Of a DNA stretch of 55,268 nucleotides, positions 19,969 through 31,949 are shown piece by piece (within the stretch, counting starts at the first letter, position 1; the number at the start of each line of letters is the position of its first letter). The notes beneath the pieces are model-generated. The model was not told where the DNA came from and ran no database searches. It saw nothing but the letters and a program-made list of their open reading frames with translations. The translations under genes and the position numbers were made by a program. Source of the DNA: Planctomycetota bacterium (GTDB taxonomy: Bacteria > Planctomycetota > UBA11346); assembly GCA_038213805.1 (NCBI GenBank), contig JBBQSO010000029.1, positions 1-55,268 of the forward strand. Direction: 5' to 3'.

Positions 19969-21201
19969 ATGGCGCTCCTGCCCGCACTGCGCGTCGCACC
20001 GCATCCCGCCTGGGTGGGGCTGGCCCTGCTCGCCGCCGCCGCCTTCCCGCTGGCGCTGCTATGGTGGCCGCTGCCGCTCGCACTCATACTGCTGACCCCG
20101 GCGGTCGTGTCCGCGCTGCGCCCAGCCCTGCCGCCCGGCCTGGCGCTGGGTCTGGTCGCGCTGTGCGCGCTGCGCGGCCTGGGGCTGTGGCACTGCGAGA
20201 CCGGCTGCCAGGGCGGCGGACACTACCACGCGCTCGGCGGCATCCCCGTAGAGTGGCTCGGCGCCGGCGCCTACGCGCTGCTCGCCGCCCTCGCCCTGCG
20301 CGACCTGCGGCGCCGCGGCCGCGCGGCGTGGACGGTGCGGCTGGCGTGGCTGCTGCTGGGCGGCAGCGCCTTCTTCGTCCTGGTGATGGAGCAGCTCGCG
20401 CTCGACTGCCGCCACTGCGCCGCGGTGCACGGCGGCATGCTCGTACTGGTGCTGGCGCTGGGCCGGCTGCCGGCTGGCGTGCGCTGGTGGGACTGCCTGC
20501 TCTGGGCGGCGCTGGGTTTCCTGACTCTCAACCTCGCCTTCCATCACCAGGCGGTGGGCGATGGGCCGGCGGTCGCAACTCAGGTCACGTCACCGGGCAC
20601 GGTGCCACTCGCCGGCACCCAGGGTTCGCTGCGCGACGGCCCGGCCTATCGCGCGATCGCCGCTGCGGCCCGACTCGGACCGGACGCCGCCCCCTACGAG
20701 CTGGAGCTGGTCGTCGACCTGCACTGCCAGGTGTGCGCGCGCCTGCATGGTCCCCTGGTCGAGGTGCTGCGCCCGCTGACCACTGGCGCCGGAGCCCGCC
20801 TCGCGGTCGTCACCCGCCACCTGGCGCGGGCCAGCGATCCGTCCTCCGCCGATCTCGTCGCCCATCTGCTGGCCGCGGCGATCATGGGCCCAGAGCACTA
20901 CCGCGCCGTGCTCGCGACCGTGTTCGGCGCGCGCGAGGGCAGCGATTTCGCCGCGCTGCGCAGCCGCATCGCCGAGGTTGAGGATCCCGCCGCCATCACC
21001 GCGGTGCTCGACGCCAACGGCCCGGTGATCGGCCTGGCGATGTCAGACGCCGGCGCCCTGCTCACACGCCTGCAGGCGACCGGCGCCACCCCGCAGCTCG
21101 TCCTCACCGCTGGCGACGGCACGGTCGTGCGGCGCTGGCGCGGCGAGGTCGATCCGGCGGAGGTGGCCGCGGCGGTCGCCAAGCTCATCGCGCCGCATTG
21201 A
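19969..21201 (+). CDS. VKOR-like membrane domain fused to DsbA/thioredoxin-like domain
   Basis: TM segments, CETGC loop pair, GIPV..LG, CRHC, then DLHCQVC and ATP(Q) cis-Pro motif. Confidence 0.7.
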   Translation: MALLPALRVAPHPAWVGLALLAAAAFPLALLWWPLPLALILLTPAVVSALRPALPPGLALGLVALCALRGLGLWHCETGCQGGGHYHALGGIPVEWLGAGAYALLAALALRDLRRRGRAAWTVRLAWLLLGGSAFFVLVMEQLALDCRHCAAVHGGMLVLVLALGRLPAGVRWWDCLLWAALGFLTLNLAFHHQAVGDGPAVATQVTSPGTVPLAGTQGSLRDGPAYRAIAAAARLGPDAAPYELELVVDLHCQVCARLHGPLVEVLRPLTTGAGARLAVVTRHLARASDPSSADLVAHLLAAAIMGPEHYRAVLATVFGAREGSDFAALRSRIAEVEDPAAITAVLDANGPVIGLAMSDAGALLTRLQATGATPQLVLTAGDGTVVRRWRGEVDPAEVAAAVAKLIAPH

Positions 21202-21278
21202 TCGCCACCGGGCGGGACCTGCGGAACCGCCGGCCAGGCGCGCGGGATCGCCACCATTTCCGCGCGCGCCGCGCCCCC

Positions 21279-21284
21279 TAGGAT
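21279..21284 (+). promoter_or_regulatory. Putative -10 box (TAGGAT) for a leaderless radA transcript
   Basis: TAnnnT hexamer 5 nt before ATG 21290; the embedded AGGA could alternatively be an SD. Confidence 0.4.
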
Positions 21285-21289
21285 CCAGC

Positions 21290-22663
21290 ATGGCCCGCAA
21301 AGTCCCCGCCTATGCCTGCCGCGACTGCGGCGACACTTTCGCCCGCTGGGCGGGCAAGTGCCCGAGCTGCGGCGCGATGAACAGCATCGCCGAGATCAGC
21401 GCCGCCGAGGCGGTGATGGTGGCGCGCAGCGGCGGCCAGGCGCAGGCGGCCGCCGGGCTGAGCCTGGAGCGCGCCGACGCCAGCACCGCGGCGGAGCAAC
21501 CGGTGGCGCGCTTGAGTACCGGCTTCGCCGAGCTCGACCGCGTGCTTGGCGGCGGCCTGCCGGTGGGCGCCGTCGCCCTGGTCGGCGGCGAGCCGGGCGT
21601 GGGCAAGAGCACGCTGCTCGCCCAGGTGGCGGGCGCGGTGGCGCACGCGCACGACGTGCTCTACGTCACCGCTGAAGAGAGTGCCAGCCAGGTGCGCGAA
21701 CGCCTGGCGCGGCTCGGGCGGCTCGCGCCGCGCCTGCAGCTCGCGACCAGCAACGACGCGCAGGCGGTGGCCGGCACCATCTCCTCCGGCGATCACGCGT
21801 TGGTGGTGGTCGACTCCATCCAGCTGCTGACCCTGGCCGGCACCGAGGGTGAGCCCGGCGGCGTCGCGCAGTGCCGCGCCTGCGCCGCCACCCTGGTCGA
21901 GGCGGTCAAGCGCAGCGGCCGCCACGGCAAGCCACCCACCGCGCTGGTGATCGTCGGCCACGTCACCAAGGACGGCGTGCTGGCCGGCCCGCGCCTGCTC
22001 GAACACCTGGTCGACACCGTGCTGTCCTTCGAGGGCGACCGCTACCAGGACCTGCGCGTGGTGCGCGCGGTCAAGAACCGCTATGGCTCGACCAACGAGA
22101 TCGGCCTGTTCCGCATGGGTTCCGCCGGGCTGGAGGAAGTCGCCGACCCCACCGGCATGTTCATCGCCGACCGCGACGCCAGCGTGCCCGGCAGCTGCGT
22201 GGTGCCGACCCTCGAGGGCAACCGCTGCCTGCTGGTCGAGGTCCAGGCGCTGGTCAACCAGACCGACTATCCGCAGCCGGTGCGCAAGGTCAGCGGCTGC
22301 GACCCCAACCGCGTGGCCATGGTCCTGGCCGTGCTGTCGCGCCGCCTGCGCATGCCGCTGGGCAATTGCGACGTCTACGTCAACGCCACCGGCGGCGCGC
22401 GCCTGTCGGAGCCCGCCGCCGATCTCGCCGTCGCCCTGGCCGTGGCCAGCGCCTGGCGCGACATCCCGGTGCCCGCCGATCTGGTCGCGCTCGGCGAGGT
22501 CGGGCTGGGCGGCGAGCTGCGCCCCGCGCCGCGCTACGACCTGCGCGCCAGCGAAGCGCGGCGGTTGGGCTTCCAGCGCCTGCTTGGCCCCGGGCCGGGG
22601 AGCGGACGCGGGCGGTTGGTGACGACCAAGTTGGGAGAGGCGTTGGAGATGGCGTTGGGATGA
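21290..22663 (+). CDS. radA: DNA repair protein RadA/Sms
   Basis: C4 zinc finger, GEPGVGKSTL, KNRYG, C-terminal Lon-like domain. Confidence 0.97.
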   Translation: MARKVPAYACRDCGDTFARWAGKCPSCGAMNSIAEISAAEAVMVARSGGQAQAAAGLSLERADASTAAEQPVARLSTGFAELDRVLGGGLPVGAVALVGGEPGVGKSTLLAQVAGAVAHAHDVLYVTAEESASQVRERLARLGRLAPRLQLATSNDAQAVAGTISSGDHALVVVDSIQLLTLAGTEGEPGGVAQCRACAATLVEAVKRSGRHGKPPTALVIVGHVTKDGVLAGPRLLEHLVDTVLSFEGDRYQDLRVVRAVKNRYGSTNEIGLFRMGSAGLEEVADPTGMFIADRDASVPGSCVVPTLEGNRCLLVEVQALVNQTDYPQPVRKVSGCDPNRVAMVLAVLSRRLRMPLGNCDVYVNATGGARLSEPAADLAVALAVASAWRDIPVPADLVALGEVGLGGELRPAPRYDLRASEARRLGFQRLLGPGPGSGRGRLVTTKLGEALEMALG

Positions 22664-22765
22664 GACGAGGCGCCAGACCTGAGGCCCGGCGCCGTCCACT
22701 CAACCTGCCCACCCCTACCACAAGCACCTTGTTGGAAGCCGAGACGAAAGCCGGTTTCCTCGCGT

Positions 22766-23707
22766 CTACGTCACGTCCCCGTCGTCCACGCCAGCGCCAC
22801 GAACCACCGCGCGCTGCGCGCCGCGCGCCGGTTTCGGCGCGGGCTGGACGTGGTCGCAGTCGTGGAACTGCGCGGTCGCTGCGGCCAAGCGCGTCTTCAT
22901 CACCGCGATCGCCTCGGGATTGCTGTCACACAGGATGAAGCGCCGGCCCAGCTCCGCGGCGGCGACTCCGGTGCTGCCGCTGCCCGCGAAGAAATCGAGC
23001 ACGGTATCGTCGGGGCGACTGTGCACGGCGAGCAGCCGGCGCATGACGCCGAGCGGCTTCTGGCTGGGGTAGCCGGTCTTCTCGCGCCCGGTCGGCGAGA
23101 CGATGGTGTGCCACCACACGTCGGTGGGGGTCTTGCCGCGCGCGGCCTTGTCCTCGCCGACCATCTCCGGGGCCATGTAGGCGATGCGGTCGCTGGCGTC
23201 GAGATCAAAGGTGTAGGCGTGCGGATCGCGGGCGTAGAACAGGATGGTGCTGTGCTTGGTCGGCCAGCGCGAGCGTGAGCGCGCGCCGTAGTCGTAGGCC
23301 CAGATGATCTCGTTGATGAACGAGTCGCGGCCGAAGATGCCATCGACCAGTACCTTGCAGTAGTGCACCTCGCGGTAGTCGAGGTGCAGGAAGAACGCAC
23401 CGTCGGCGGCCAGCACGCGCCGCGCCTCGAGCAGGCGCGGCTCGAGGAAGCCGAGGTAGTCGTCGAAGGCGTCGTCGTAGGCCTTCTGCCCGACGCGCAG
23501 CGAGCGGTAGGCCTTGCCGCGGAAGCCGACGCGCGCGCTGGTGTCGTCGCGCACGGAGTGGGTGTTGACGCGTTCCTGCGCGTACCCGGTGTTGAACGGC
23601 GGATCGATGTAGACCAGGTTGACGCTGCCATCGGGAACGCGCGCGAGCAGGTCGAGATTGTCGCCAAGGAACACGTGGTTTCCGGCGGCGGGGACGCTTC
23701 CGTTCAT
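22766..23707 (-). CDS. Orphan N6-A/N4-C DNA methyltransferase (beta class)
   Basis: GDNL, YIDPPF, YPSQKP, LDFFAGSGSTG; alternative start 23716. Confidence 0.9.
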   Translation of the reverse strand: MNGSVPAAGNHVFLGDNLDLLARVPDGSVNLVYIDPPFNTGYAQERVNTHSVRDDTSARVGFRGKAYRSLRVGQKAYDDAFDDYLGFLEPRLLEARRVLAADGAFFLHLDYREVHYCKVLVDGIFGRDSFINEIIWAYDYGARSRSRWPTKHSTILFYARDPHAYTFDLDASDRIAYMAPEMVGEDKAARGKTPTDVWWHTIVSPTGREKTGYPSQKPLGVMRRLLAVHSRPDDTVLDFFAGSGSTGVAAAELGRRFILCDSNPEAIAVMKTRLAAATAQFHDCDHVQPAPKPARGAQRAVVRGAGVDDGDVT

Positions 23708-23745
23708 CGCGGGCATGCTAGGATCGCCGGCAGGCGCACAACCGG

Positions 23746-24645
23746 TCAGGGCAGCACGACGCCAAGCAGATAGGCCACCGGCGCCGCCAGGATCAGCGCA
23801 TCGAGGATGTCCAGGATGCCGCCGAAGCCCGGCACCGCCGCGCCGCTGTCCTTGACCGCGGCGTCGCGCTTCATGCAACTCTCGGCGAGGTCGCCCGCCA
23901 CGCCCAGCGGCCCGAGCACCAGCCCCCACACCGCCGGCTGCCACCAGCCGGCGAAAGGCTGCGGCGCGCCGGTTGCAGCGATGATGGCGCAGACCAGATA
24001 CGCTCCGCCGATGGCGCCGACGAAACTCGCCGCGAAGCCCTCCCAGGTCTTGCCGGGACTGACGCGCGGGGCGAGCTTGTGGCGGCCGAAGGCGCGGCCG
24101 CCGAAATACGCGCAGACATCGCCGAGCTTGACCGTGGCGAGAAATGCCAGGACCAGCTGCGTGCCGCGTCCCGCATTGCCGGGCACGCCGAGCAAAGCCA
24201 GGTCCATGAGCAGGCTGAAGGAGACGCCCAGATAAATGAGGCCGAGCATGGCCGCGCCGACGTTGGCGAAGAAGCGCTCGGTGCCGTGGCGGAACATCTG
24301 CACGAGCACCACCCAGCCCAGGCCCAGCCCGATGGTCACGACCTCGACGGGCAAGCCGGCCAGGCGCGCGGCCACGCCCGGCAGCGAGCCGACGATGGCG
24401 GGGTCATGCAGGGCGGCCTCCAACACCAGCGCCACACTGGTGACGACCATGGGCAGGACCGGGATCTGCGCCGCCAGGCTACGCGCCAGGCGGGCGTATT
24501 CGAGGCTGCCCAGGGCCACCCCCAGCACGCCCAGCACCAGCACCGCCACATGGCTACCGCGCACCAGGTCGCTGATCAGCCCCGCCACCACCGCGGCCGC
24601 GATGATCGTCCCGAACAGCAGACGGTTGCGCAATTCGACCCGCAT
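23746..24645 (-). CDS. cdsA: Phosphatidate cytidylyltransferase
   Basis: D.CAYFGGRAFGRHKL.P.VSPGKTWEG, GDL.ES.MKRDA.VKDSG..PG.GG.LD..D. Confidence 0.93.
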   Translation of the reverse strand: MRVELRNRLLFGTIIAAAVVAGLISDLVRGSHVAVLVLGVLGVALGSLEYARLARSLAAQIPVLPMVVTSVALVLEAALHDPAIVGSLPGVAARLAGLPVEVVTIGLGLGWVVLVQMFRHGTERFFANVGAAMLGLIYLGVSFSLLMDLALLGVPGNAGRGTQLVLAFLATVKLGDVCAYFGGRAFGRHKLAPRVSPGKTWEGFAASFVGAIGGAYLVCAIIAATGAPQPFAGWWQPAVWGLVLGPLGVAGDLAESCMKRDAAVKDSGAAVPGFGGILDILDALILAAPVAYLLGVVLP

Positions 24646-24757
24646 GGGCGGGCTTCTACTCCTGCCCGCGCCCCCACGCCACGGCAATCCCCGGCGCCCG
24701 CACCGGCCAGGCCCACTGCGCTACACCCGCTGGTTGCCTTGGTCGCCCCGCCACTAG

Positions 24758-26281
<1,524 letters not shown>

Positions 26282-26283
26282 GC

Positions 26284-26775
26284 GTCCGGAAGTCCGGGAG
26301 TCCGGAAGTCCGGGAGTCGACAACCACCGGGATCCCCACGTGGCGAGCTTCACCCATTTCTCAGAGATCCAGGCGTGGAAAGAGGCTCGCGCGACAGTCG
26401 TCGCGGTCCACGCGCTGCTTGATCATCCACGGTTCGCGCAACGGTTCGCGCTGCAGCATCAGCTCAGCCGGGCCGCACTTTCCGTGATGAACAACATCGC
26501 CGAAGGGTTTGCGCGCGGGAGCGACCCTCAATTCTGCCACTTCCTTGACATCGCGCGCGGTTCGTCGGCCGAGGTCGAGTCGATGTTGTATGTTATAGAG
26601 GATCTGGCGCCTGAATTGGCGCCGGACTTGGTCGAGTTACGCGGGCGCATCGATCTCATGATTTCACTGATTTCCAAGCTCTCCAAATACCTCCGTGGCT
26701 CCAGAGCTCGGGAAGCGGAGGAATCCTATGGTTCCAAGCCGACTTCCGGACTCCCGGACTTCCGGACTTCCGGAC
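26284..26775. mobile_element. Family B inverted cassette filled with a four-helix-bundle gene (putative mobile cassette)
   Basis: Left arm (GTCCGGRA)4-GTCGACAACC 26284-26325; right arm GAC(TYCCGGAC)4 26741-26775; separates guaB from guaA. Mobility is inferred. Confidence 0.6.
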
Positions 26776-26780
26776 TGTGA
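26340..26780 (+). CDS. Four helix bundle protein (23S rRNA intervening-sequence protein family, Avd-like)
   Basis: F.EIQAWKEA, FAL..QL.RAALSVMNNIAEGFAR.S...F..FL.IARGS.AEV.S.LY; GTG start; atypical codon usage. Confidence 0.9.
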   Translation: MASFTHFSEIQAWKEARATVVAVHALLDHPRFAQRFALQHQLSRAALSVMNNIAEGFARGSDPQFCHFLDIARGSSAEVESMLYVIEDLAPELAPDLVELRGRIDLMISLISKLSKYLRGSRAREAEESYGSKPTSGLPDFRTSGL

Positions 26781-26788
26781 CTCCCCCC

Positions 26789-28339
<1,551 letters not shown>

Positions 28340-28492
28340 CGGGGCGGACCTCCGCCATCTAGCCGGCATCCAACCCCGGCGCTGACGGTTGCAGCGGCAA
28401 CCGGCGGCATGGCGCACGCACCCCCGCCCTCGCGCTGGATTCCCCGCGCCCGCCACCATGGTGTGCCGCAAACCGCCATCCGCGAGGTCCCC

Positions 28493-29446
28493 ATGCCGGT
28501 CTTCTCTGACAACGCCCTGTCCATCGGCCGCACCCCGCTGGTGCGCCTCAATCGCGTCACCGCCGGCTGCGGCGCCACCGTGCTGGCCAAGATCGAGGGG
28601 CGCAACCCCGCCTATTCGGTGAAGTGCCGCATCGGCGCGGCCATGGTGTGGGATGCCGAGAAGTCCGGCAAGCTCAAGGCCGGCATGGAGATCGTCGAGC
28701 CGACCAGCGGCAATACCGGCATCGCCCTGGCCTTCGTCGCAGCCGCGCGCGGCTACAAGATCACCCTGACCATGCCCGAGACCATGTCGATCGAGCGCCG
28801 CCGCGTGCTCGCCGGCTTCGGTGCGACCCTGGTGCTGACGCCCGGCGCCGAAGGCATGAACGGCGCAGTGAAGAAGGCCGAGGAGATCGCCGCCTCGGAT
28901 AGCGCGCGCTGGTACATGCCCCAGCAGTTCAAGAACCCCGCCAATCCCGCCATCCACGAGGCCACTACCGGCCCCGAGATCTGGGAGGATACGAATGGGG
29001 GCATGGACGTGTTCGTCGCCGGTGTCGGTACCGGCGGCACCATCACCGGCGTCTCGCGTTACTTCAAGAACATCAGGAAGAAGGCGATCATCAGCGTCGC
29101 CGTCGAGCCCGCGCTCAGCCCGCTGCTGACCCAGAAGCGCGCCGGTCAGGAACTGAAGCCCGCCGGACACAAGATCCAGGGCATCGGCGCGAACTTCATC
29201 CCCGAGATCCTCGACCAGTCGCTGCTCGACCGCGTCGAGACCGTCAGCGTCGACGAGTCGGTCGAGATGGCACGGCGCCTAATGCGGGAGGAAGGCATCC
29301 TGTGCGGCATCTCCTGCGGCGCCGCTGCCGCCGTTGCAGTGCGCCTGGCGAAGCTGCCCGAGTTCGCAGGCAAGACCATCGTGACCGTGCTGCCCGATTC
29401 GGGCGAGCGCTACTTGTCGACGGTGTTGTTCGAGGGGTTGGGCTGA
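28493..29446 (+). CDS. cysK: Cysteine synthase A
   Basis: [46 protein letters not shown]. Confidence 0.96.
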   Translation: MPVFSDNALSIGRTPLVRLNRVTAGCGATVLAKIEGRNPAYSVKCRIGAAMVWDAEKSGKLKAGMEIVEPTSGNTGIALAFVAAARGYKITLTMPETMSIERRRVLAGFGATLVLTPGAEGMNGAVKKAEEIAASDSARWYMPQQFKNPANPAIHEATTGPEIWEDTNGGMDVFVAGVGTGGTITGVSRYFKNIRKKAIISVAVEPALSPLLTQKRAGQELKPAGHKIQGIGANFIPEILDQSLLDRVETVSVDESVEMARRLMREEGILCGISCGAAAAVAVRLAKLPEFAGKTIVTVLPDSGERYLSTVLFEGLG

Positions 29447-29660
29447 TGGCTGATGGCTGATGGCTGATGGCTGATGGCTGATGGCTGATGGCTGCCGCCT
29501 CCTCATTCAATCCAACGTGTACATCGGTAATATCCGTTTCCCGAATTGAATGAGCCCGCGGAGCGGGCGCATACGTGCCTGTCCCGCAATCGCACCGTGC
29601 GTGACATTTTATTGCTGATTTTCTCGCGCCTCGCGCCTCAACACTCACGCGTCAGCGTCA
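29441..29660. repeat. Hybrid cassette: (GGCTGAT)7 left arm, degenerate CTCGCGC right arm
   Basis: cysK TGA lies in the first unit; right arm about 29623-29660 ends in the fumarase-beta stop; inner inverted repeat CTCATTCAAT/ATTGAATGAG. Confidence 0.85.
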
Positions 29661-30230
29661 GGCCTTGAGTTTGCCCAGCGCCTCGCTGGACGCTTCCAGC
29701 ACCTGTTGATGCAGCGAATTCCCGTGACTGTCCATGGTGACGATCGCAGGGAAACGTTCGACCCACAGATGCCAGATCGCCTCGGGGCTACCGAGATCCA
29801 TCCAGTCGACGCCGTCGACGCGGGTGATGCGCTCGGCGCAGACTTGCGCCGCGCCGCCGATGGCGTGCAGGTAGACGCAGCCGTATTCCTTGCACGCCGC
29901 CAGGGTCTTGGCGCCCATGCCGCCCTTGCCGATCACGCCGCGGATGCGGTGGTCGCGGATGACCTCCCATTGGTAGGGCTCTTCGCGCGACGAGGTGGTC
30001 GGGCCCGCGCCCTTGCATACCCACTTACCACCCTCCTGCACCATCACCGGCCCGCAGTGGTAGATGATCTGCCCACCCAGGTCGACCGGCGGCTTCACTC
30101 CATGGTGCAGCCGATGATGCACCGCATCGCGACCGGTATAGAGCCGCCCGGAGATCTCGACGGTGTCGCCAACCTTCAGCGACCGCGCGGTCGCTTCATC
30201 GATGGGCGTAGTCAGTGGAATGACCGGCAT
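29658..30230 (-). CDS. Class I fumarate/tartrate hydratase beta subunit
   Basis: L.VGD.V.ISG.LYTGRDA.H, YHCGP, AGPTTS.R, IGKGGMG, MDSHGNS. Confidence 0.92.
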   Translation of the reverse strand: MPVIPLTTPIDEATARSLKVGDTVEISGRLYTGRDAVHHRLHHGVKPPVDLGGQIIYHCGPVMVQEGGKWVCKGAGPTTSSREEPYQWEVIRDHRIRGVIGKGGMGAKTLAACKEYGCVYLHAIGGAAQVCAERITRVDGVDWMDLGSPEAIWHLWVERFPAIVTMDSHGNSLHQQVLEASSEALGKLKA

Positions 30231-30243
30231 ACAGTTCTCGAGT

Positions 30244-30306
30244 TCTAGGGTCTAGGGTCTCGCGTCTCGCGTCTCGCGTCTCGCGTCTCGCGTCTCGCAT
30301 CTCGCA
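30244..30306 (-). repeat. Chimeric in-phase heptamer array (TCTAGGG)2(TCTCGCG)5(TCTCGCA)2
   Basis: Lies between the hydratase alpha stop and beta start. Confidence 0.92.
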
Positions 30307-30313
30307 ACTTCGT

Positions 30314-31207
30314 TCAATACAGCCACTCCCCGATCTCCCCGCCCCTTGTCAGTGTCACCGCCTGGCGGCGGAACGCCCAGCACATGTAGCTGATGGTGAC
30401 GAAGAAACTCGCCGGCACACGGTTGAGCTTGCCGATCTTGCAGCCGAGCAGGGTGGTCTTGCCGCCGAAACCCATCGGCCCGATACCGGACAGGTTGGCC
30501 TTGGCGACGATGCGCTCCTCGAGCGCGGCGAGCACCGGGTCGGCATTCACATCGTCGATGAGGCGCAGGAATTCCGTTTTGCTGGCCGCATAACCACTGG
30601 CGCGGTCGCCGCCGATGCACACCCCGAGGATGCCGGGCCCGCAGCCCTGACCCTGCGCCTGCAGCACGCAGTCGAGGATGGCGTTCTCGACGCCCTGCAG
30701 ATCGCGGCCGCCGAATTTCGCGTTCGGCAGGGTGTACTGCGCTCCGACATTCTCGCAGCCACCGCCCTTGAGCATCAGCGAGACCTGGACGTGCTCTTCG
30801 CGCCACGGATGGATGTGGATGTCTGGCGTACCCAGGCCGATGTTGTTGCCGGAATTCGCGCCGGTCACCGAATCGACCGAGTTCTGCCGCAGGTAGCCCT
30901 TGGCGGTCGCCTCCTTCACCGCCGCGATGGTCGCCTCCTCGAAGGCGCACAGGTCGTAGCCGACCGGGGCGTTGACGTAGACCAGTATCGAACCGGTGTC
31001 CTGGCAGAGCGGCTGGCTCTTCTCTTTGGCCATGCCGATATTGCACTGGATGACGTCGAGGGCGTAGGCGGCGTTGGTGCCCTGCTCCTCCTGGCCCTGT
31101 CCGGCCGAGATCGCGCGCACCACATCGCGCGGCAGCACCGTCGAGGTGACGCGGATGAGTTCGAGCAGCGAGGCCTGGAGCACGGGCAAGGTGGTGGCGA
31201 TGGCCAT
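30314..31207 (-). CDS. Class I fumarate/tartrate hydratase alpha subunit
   Basis: PLCQDTG, LRQNSVD, KGGGCEN, GCGP, GIGPMGFGG, CWA.RR. Confidence 0.92.
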   Translation of the reverse strand: MAIATTLPVLQASLLELIRVTSTVLPRDVVRAISAGQGQEEQGTNAAYALDVIQCNIGMAKEKSQPLCQDTGSILVYVNAPVGYDLCAFEEATIAAVKEATAKGYLRQNSVDSVTGANSGNNIGLGTPDIHIHPWREEHVQVSLMLKGGGCENVGAQYTLPNAKFGGRDLQGVENAILDCVLQAQGQGCGPGILGVCIGGDRASGYAASKTEFLRLIDDVNADPVLAALEERIVAKANLSGIGPMGFGGKTTLLGCKIGKLNRVPASFFVTISYMCWAFRRQAVTLTRGGEIGEWLY

Positions 31208-31273
31208 GGGAGTTTCCGCGGGGGTTGCGGGAGTATCTCCGGGCAGGCGGAGGTGCAACCGGGGGCGGACTGA

Positions 31274-31400
31274 GACGATAGACCTTAGACCCTAGACCCT
31301 AGGGACAGCCAGCGCGCGTTTCCCGCGATCGCCACCGCATCCGACGATTCGTGAATCCTGAGGCGCCAGCCGGTTCCCTAGGGTCTAGGGTCTAGGGTCT
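31274..31400. repeat. Family C inverted cassette: (GACCCTA)n-GGGACAGCC ... CCCTAGGG(TCTAGGG)2
   Basis: Left arm 31274-31310; right arm 31376-31400 supplies the lipoprotein stop (31385-31387). Confidence 0.9.
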
Positions 31401-31942
31401 GAGATTTGGGGTCTTCCCCAAATCTCCGCCCCCCCCTTCACATCCGACTCCACGCGTGCCCGCGCCACCGCTTCCAGGTAGGCGCTCGCGACGCGGTCGT
31501 CGGCGGCGACCATCGACAGCAGCACCGCGTCCAGGGTGCGGCGATCGTGGTTCTCGGCGTCGACCACGGTCAGCGCCAGCGCGCGGTCCTCGCGTTGCAG
31601 ATCGGGACGGGCGGCGACCAGGCCGGACGGCAGCGCCACCACCAGGTGGCTGCGGAACAGCGCCGACAGCGCCGGCCAGCGCTCGCGGCGGCCGGCGACG
31701 TACGGCGGCGGCAGAGCCTCGCCCTGCGCGTGATTGCTGTCGGCCCAGGCGGCGACGCGCTGCAGCTGCGCACCGGCATCCGGCACGCGCAGCTCATCCG
31801 GTCGGCGCTGGCTGCCGTGCGCGAGATCCTCGACGTACCAGGCGATGAGTTCGGCGTGCGCGCGCGGCAGGGCGCGCGACGAGGCGCAGCCGGCGGCCAG
31901 CAGCGCAGCGAGCAGCACAAGCAGCGGCCCGGCGCGGCACAT
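31385..31942 (-). CDS. Putative lipoprotein, weak DUF1318/YdbL similarity
   Basis: Lipobox LLAAGC; VDAENHDRR motif. Confidence 0.6.
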   Translation of the reverse strand: MCRAGPLLVLLAALLAAGCASSRALPRAHAELIAWYVEDLAHGSQRRPDELRVPDAGAQLQRVAAWADSNHAQGEALPPPYVAGRRERWPALSALFRSHLVVALPSGLVAARPDLQREDRALALTVVDAENHDRRTLDAVLLSMVAADDRVASAYLEAVARARVESDVKGGAEIWGRPQISDPRP

Positions 31943-31949
31943 GTCCGCC

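Noticed and set aside
22661..22692. Degenerate heptamer arm after the radA stop (AGGCGCC AGACCTG AGGCCCG)
   Set aside because: Too degenerate to call and has no partner arm; may be an eroded family C array.
26340..26780. Diversity-generating retroelement (Avd-like gene)
   Set aside because: No reverse transcriptase and no TR/VR pair seen in the window.
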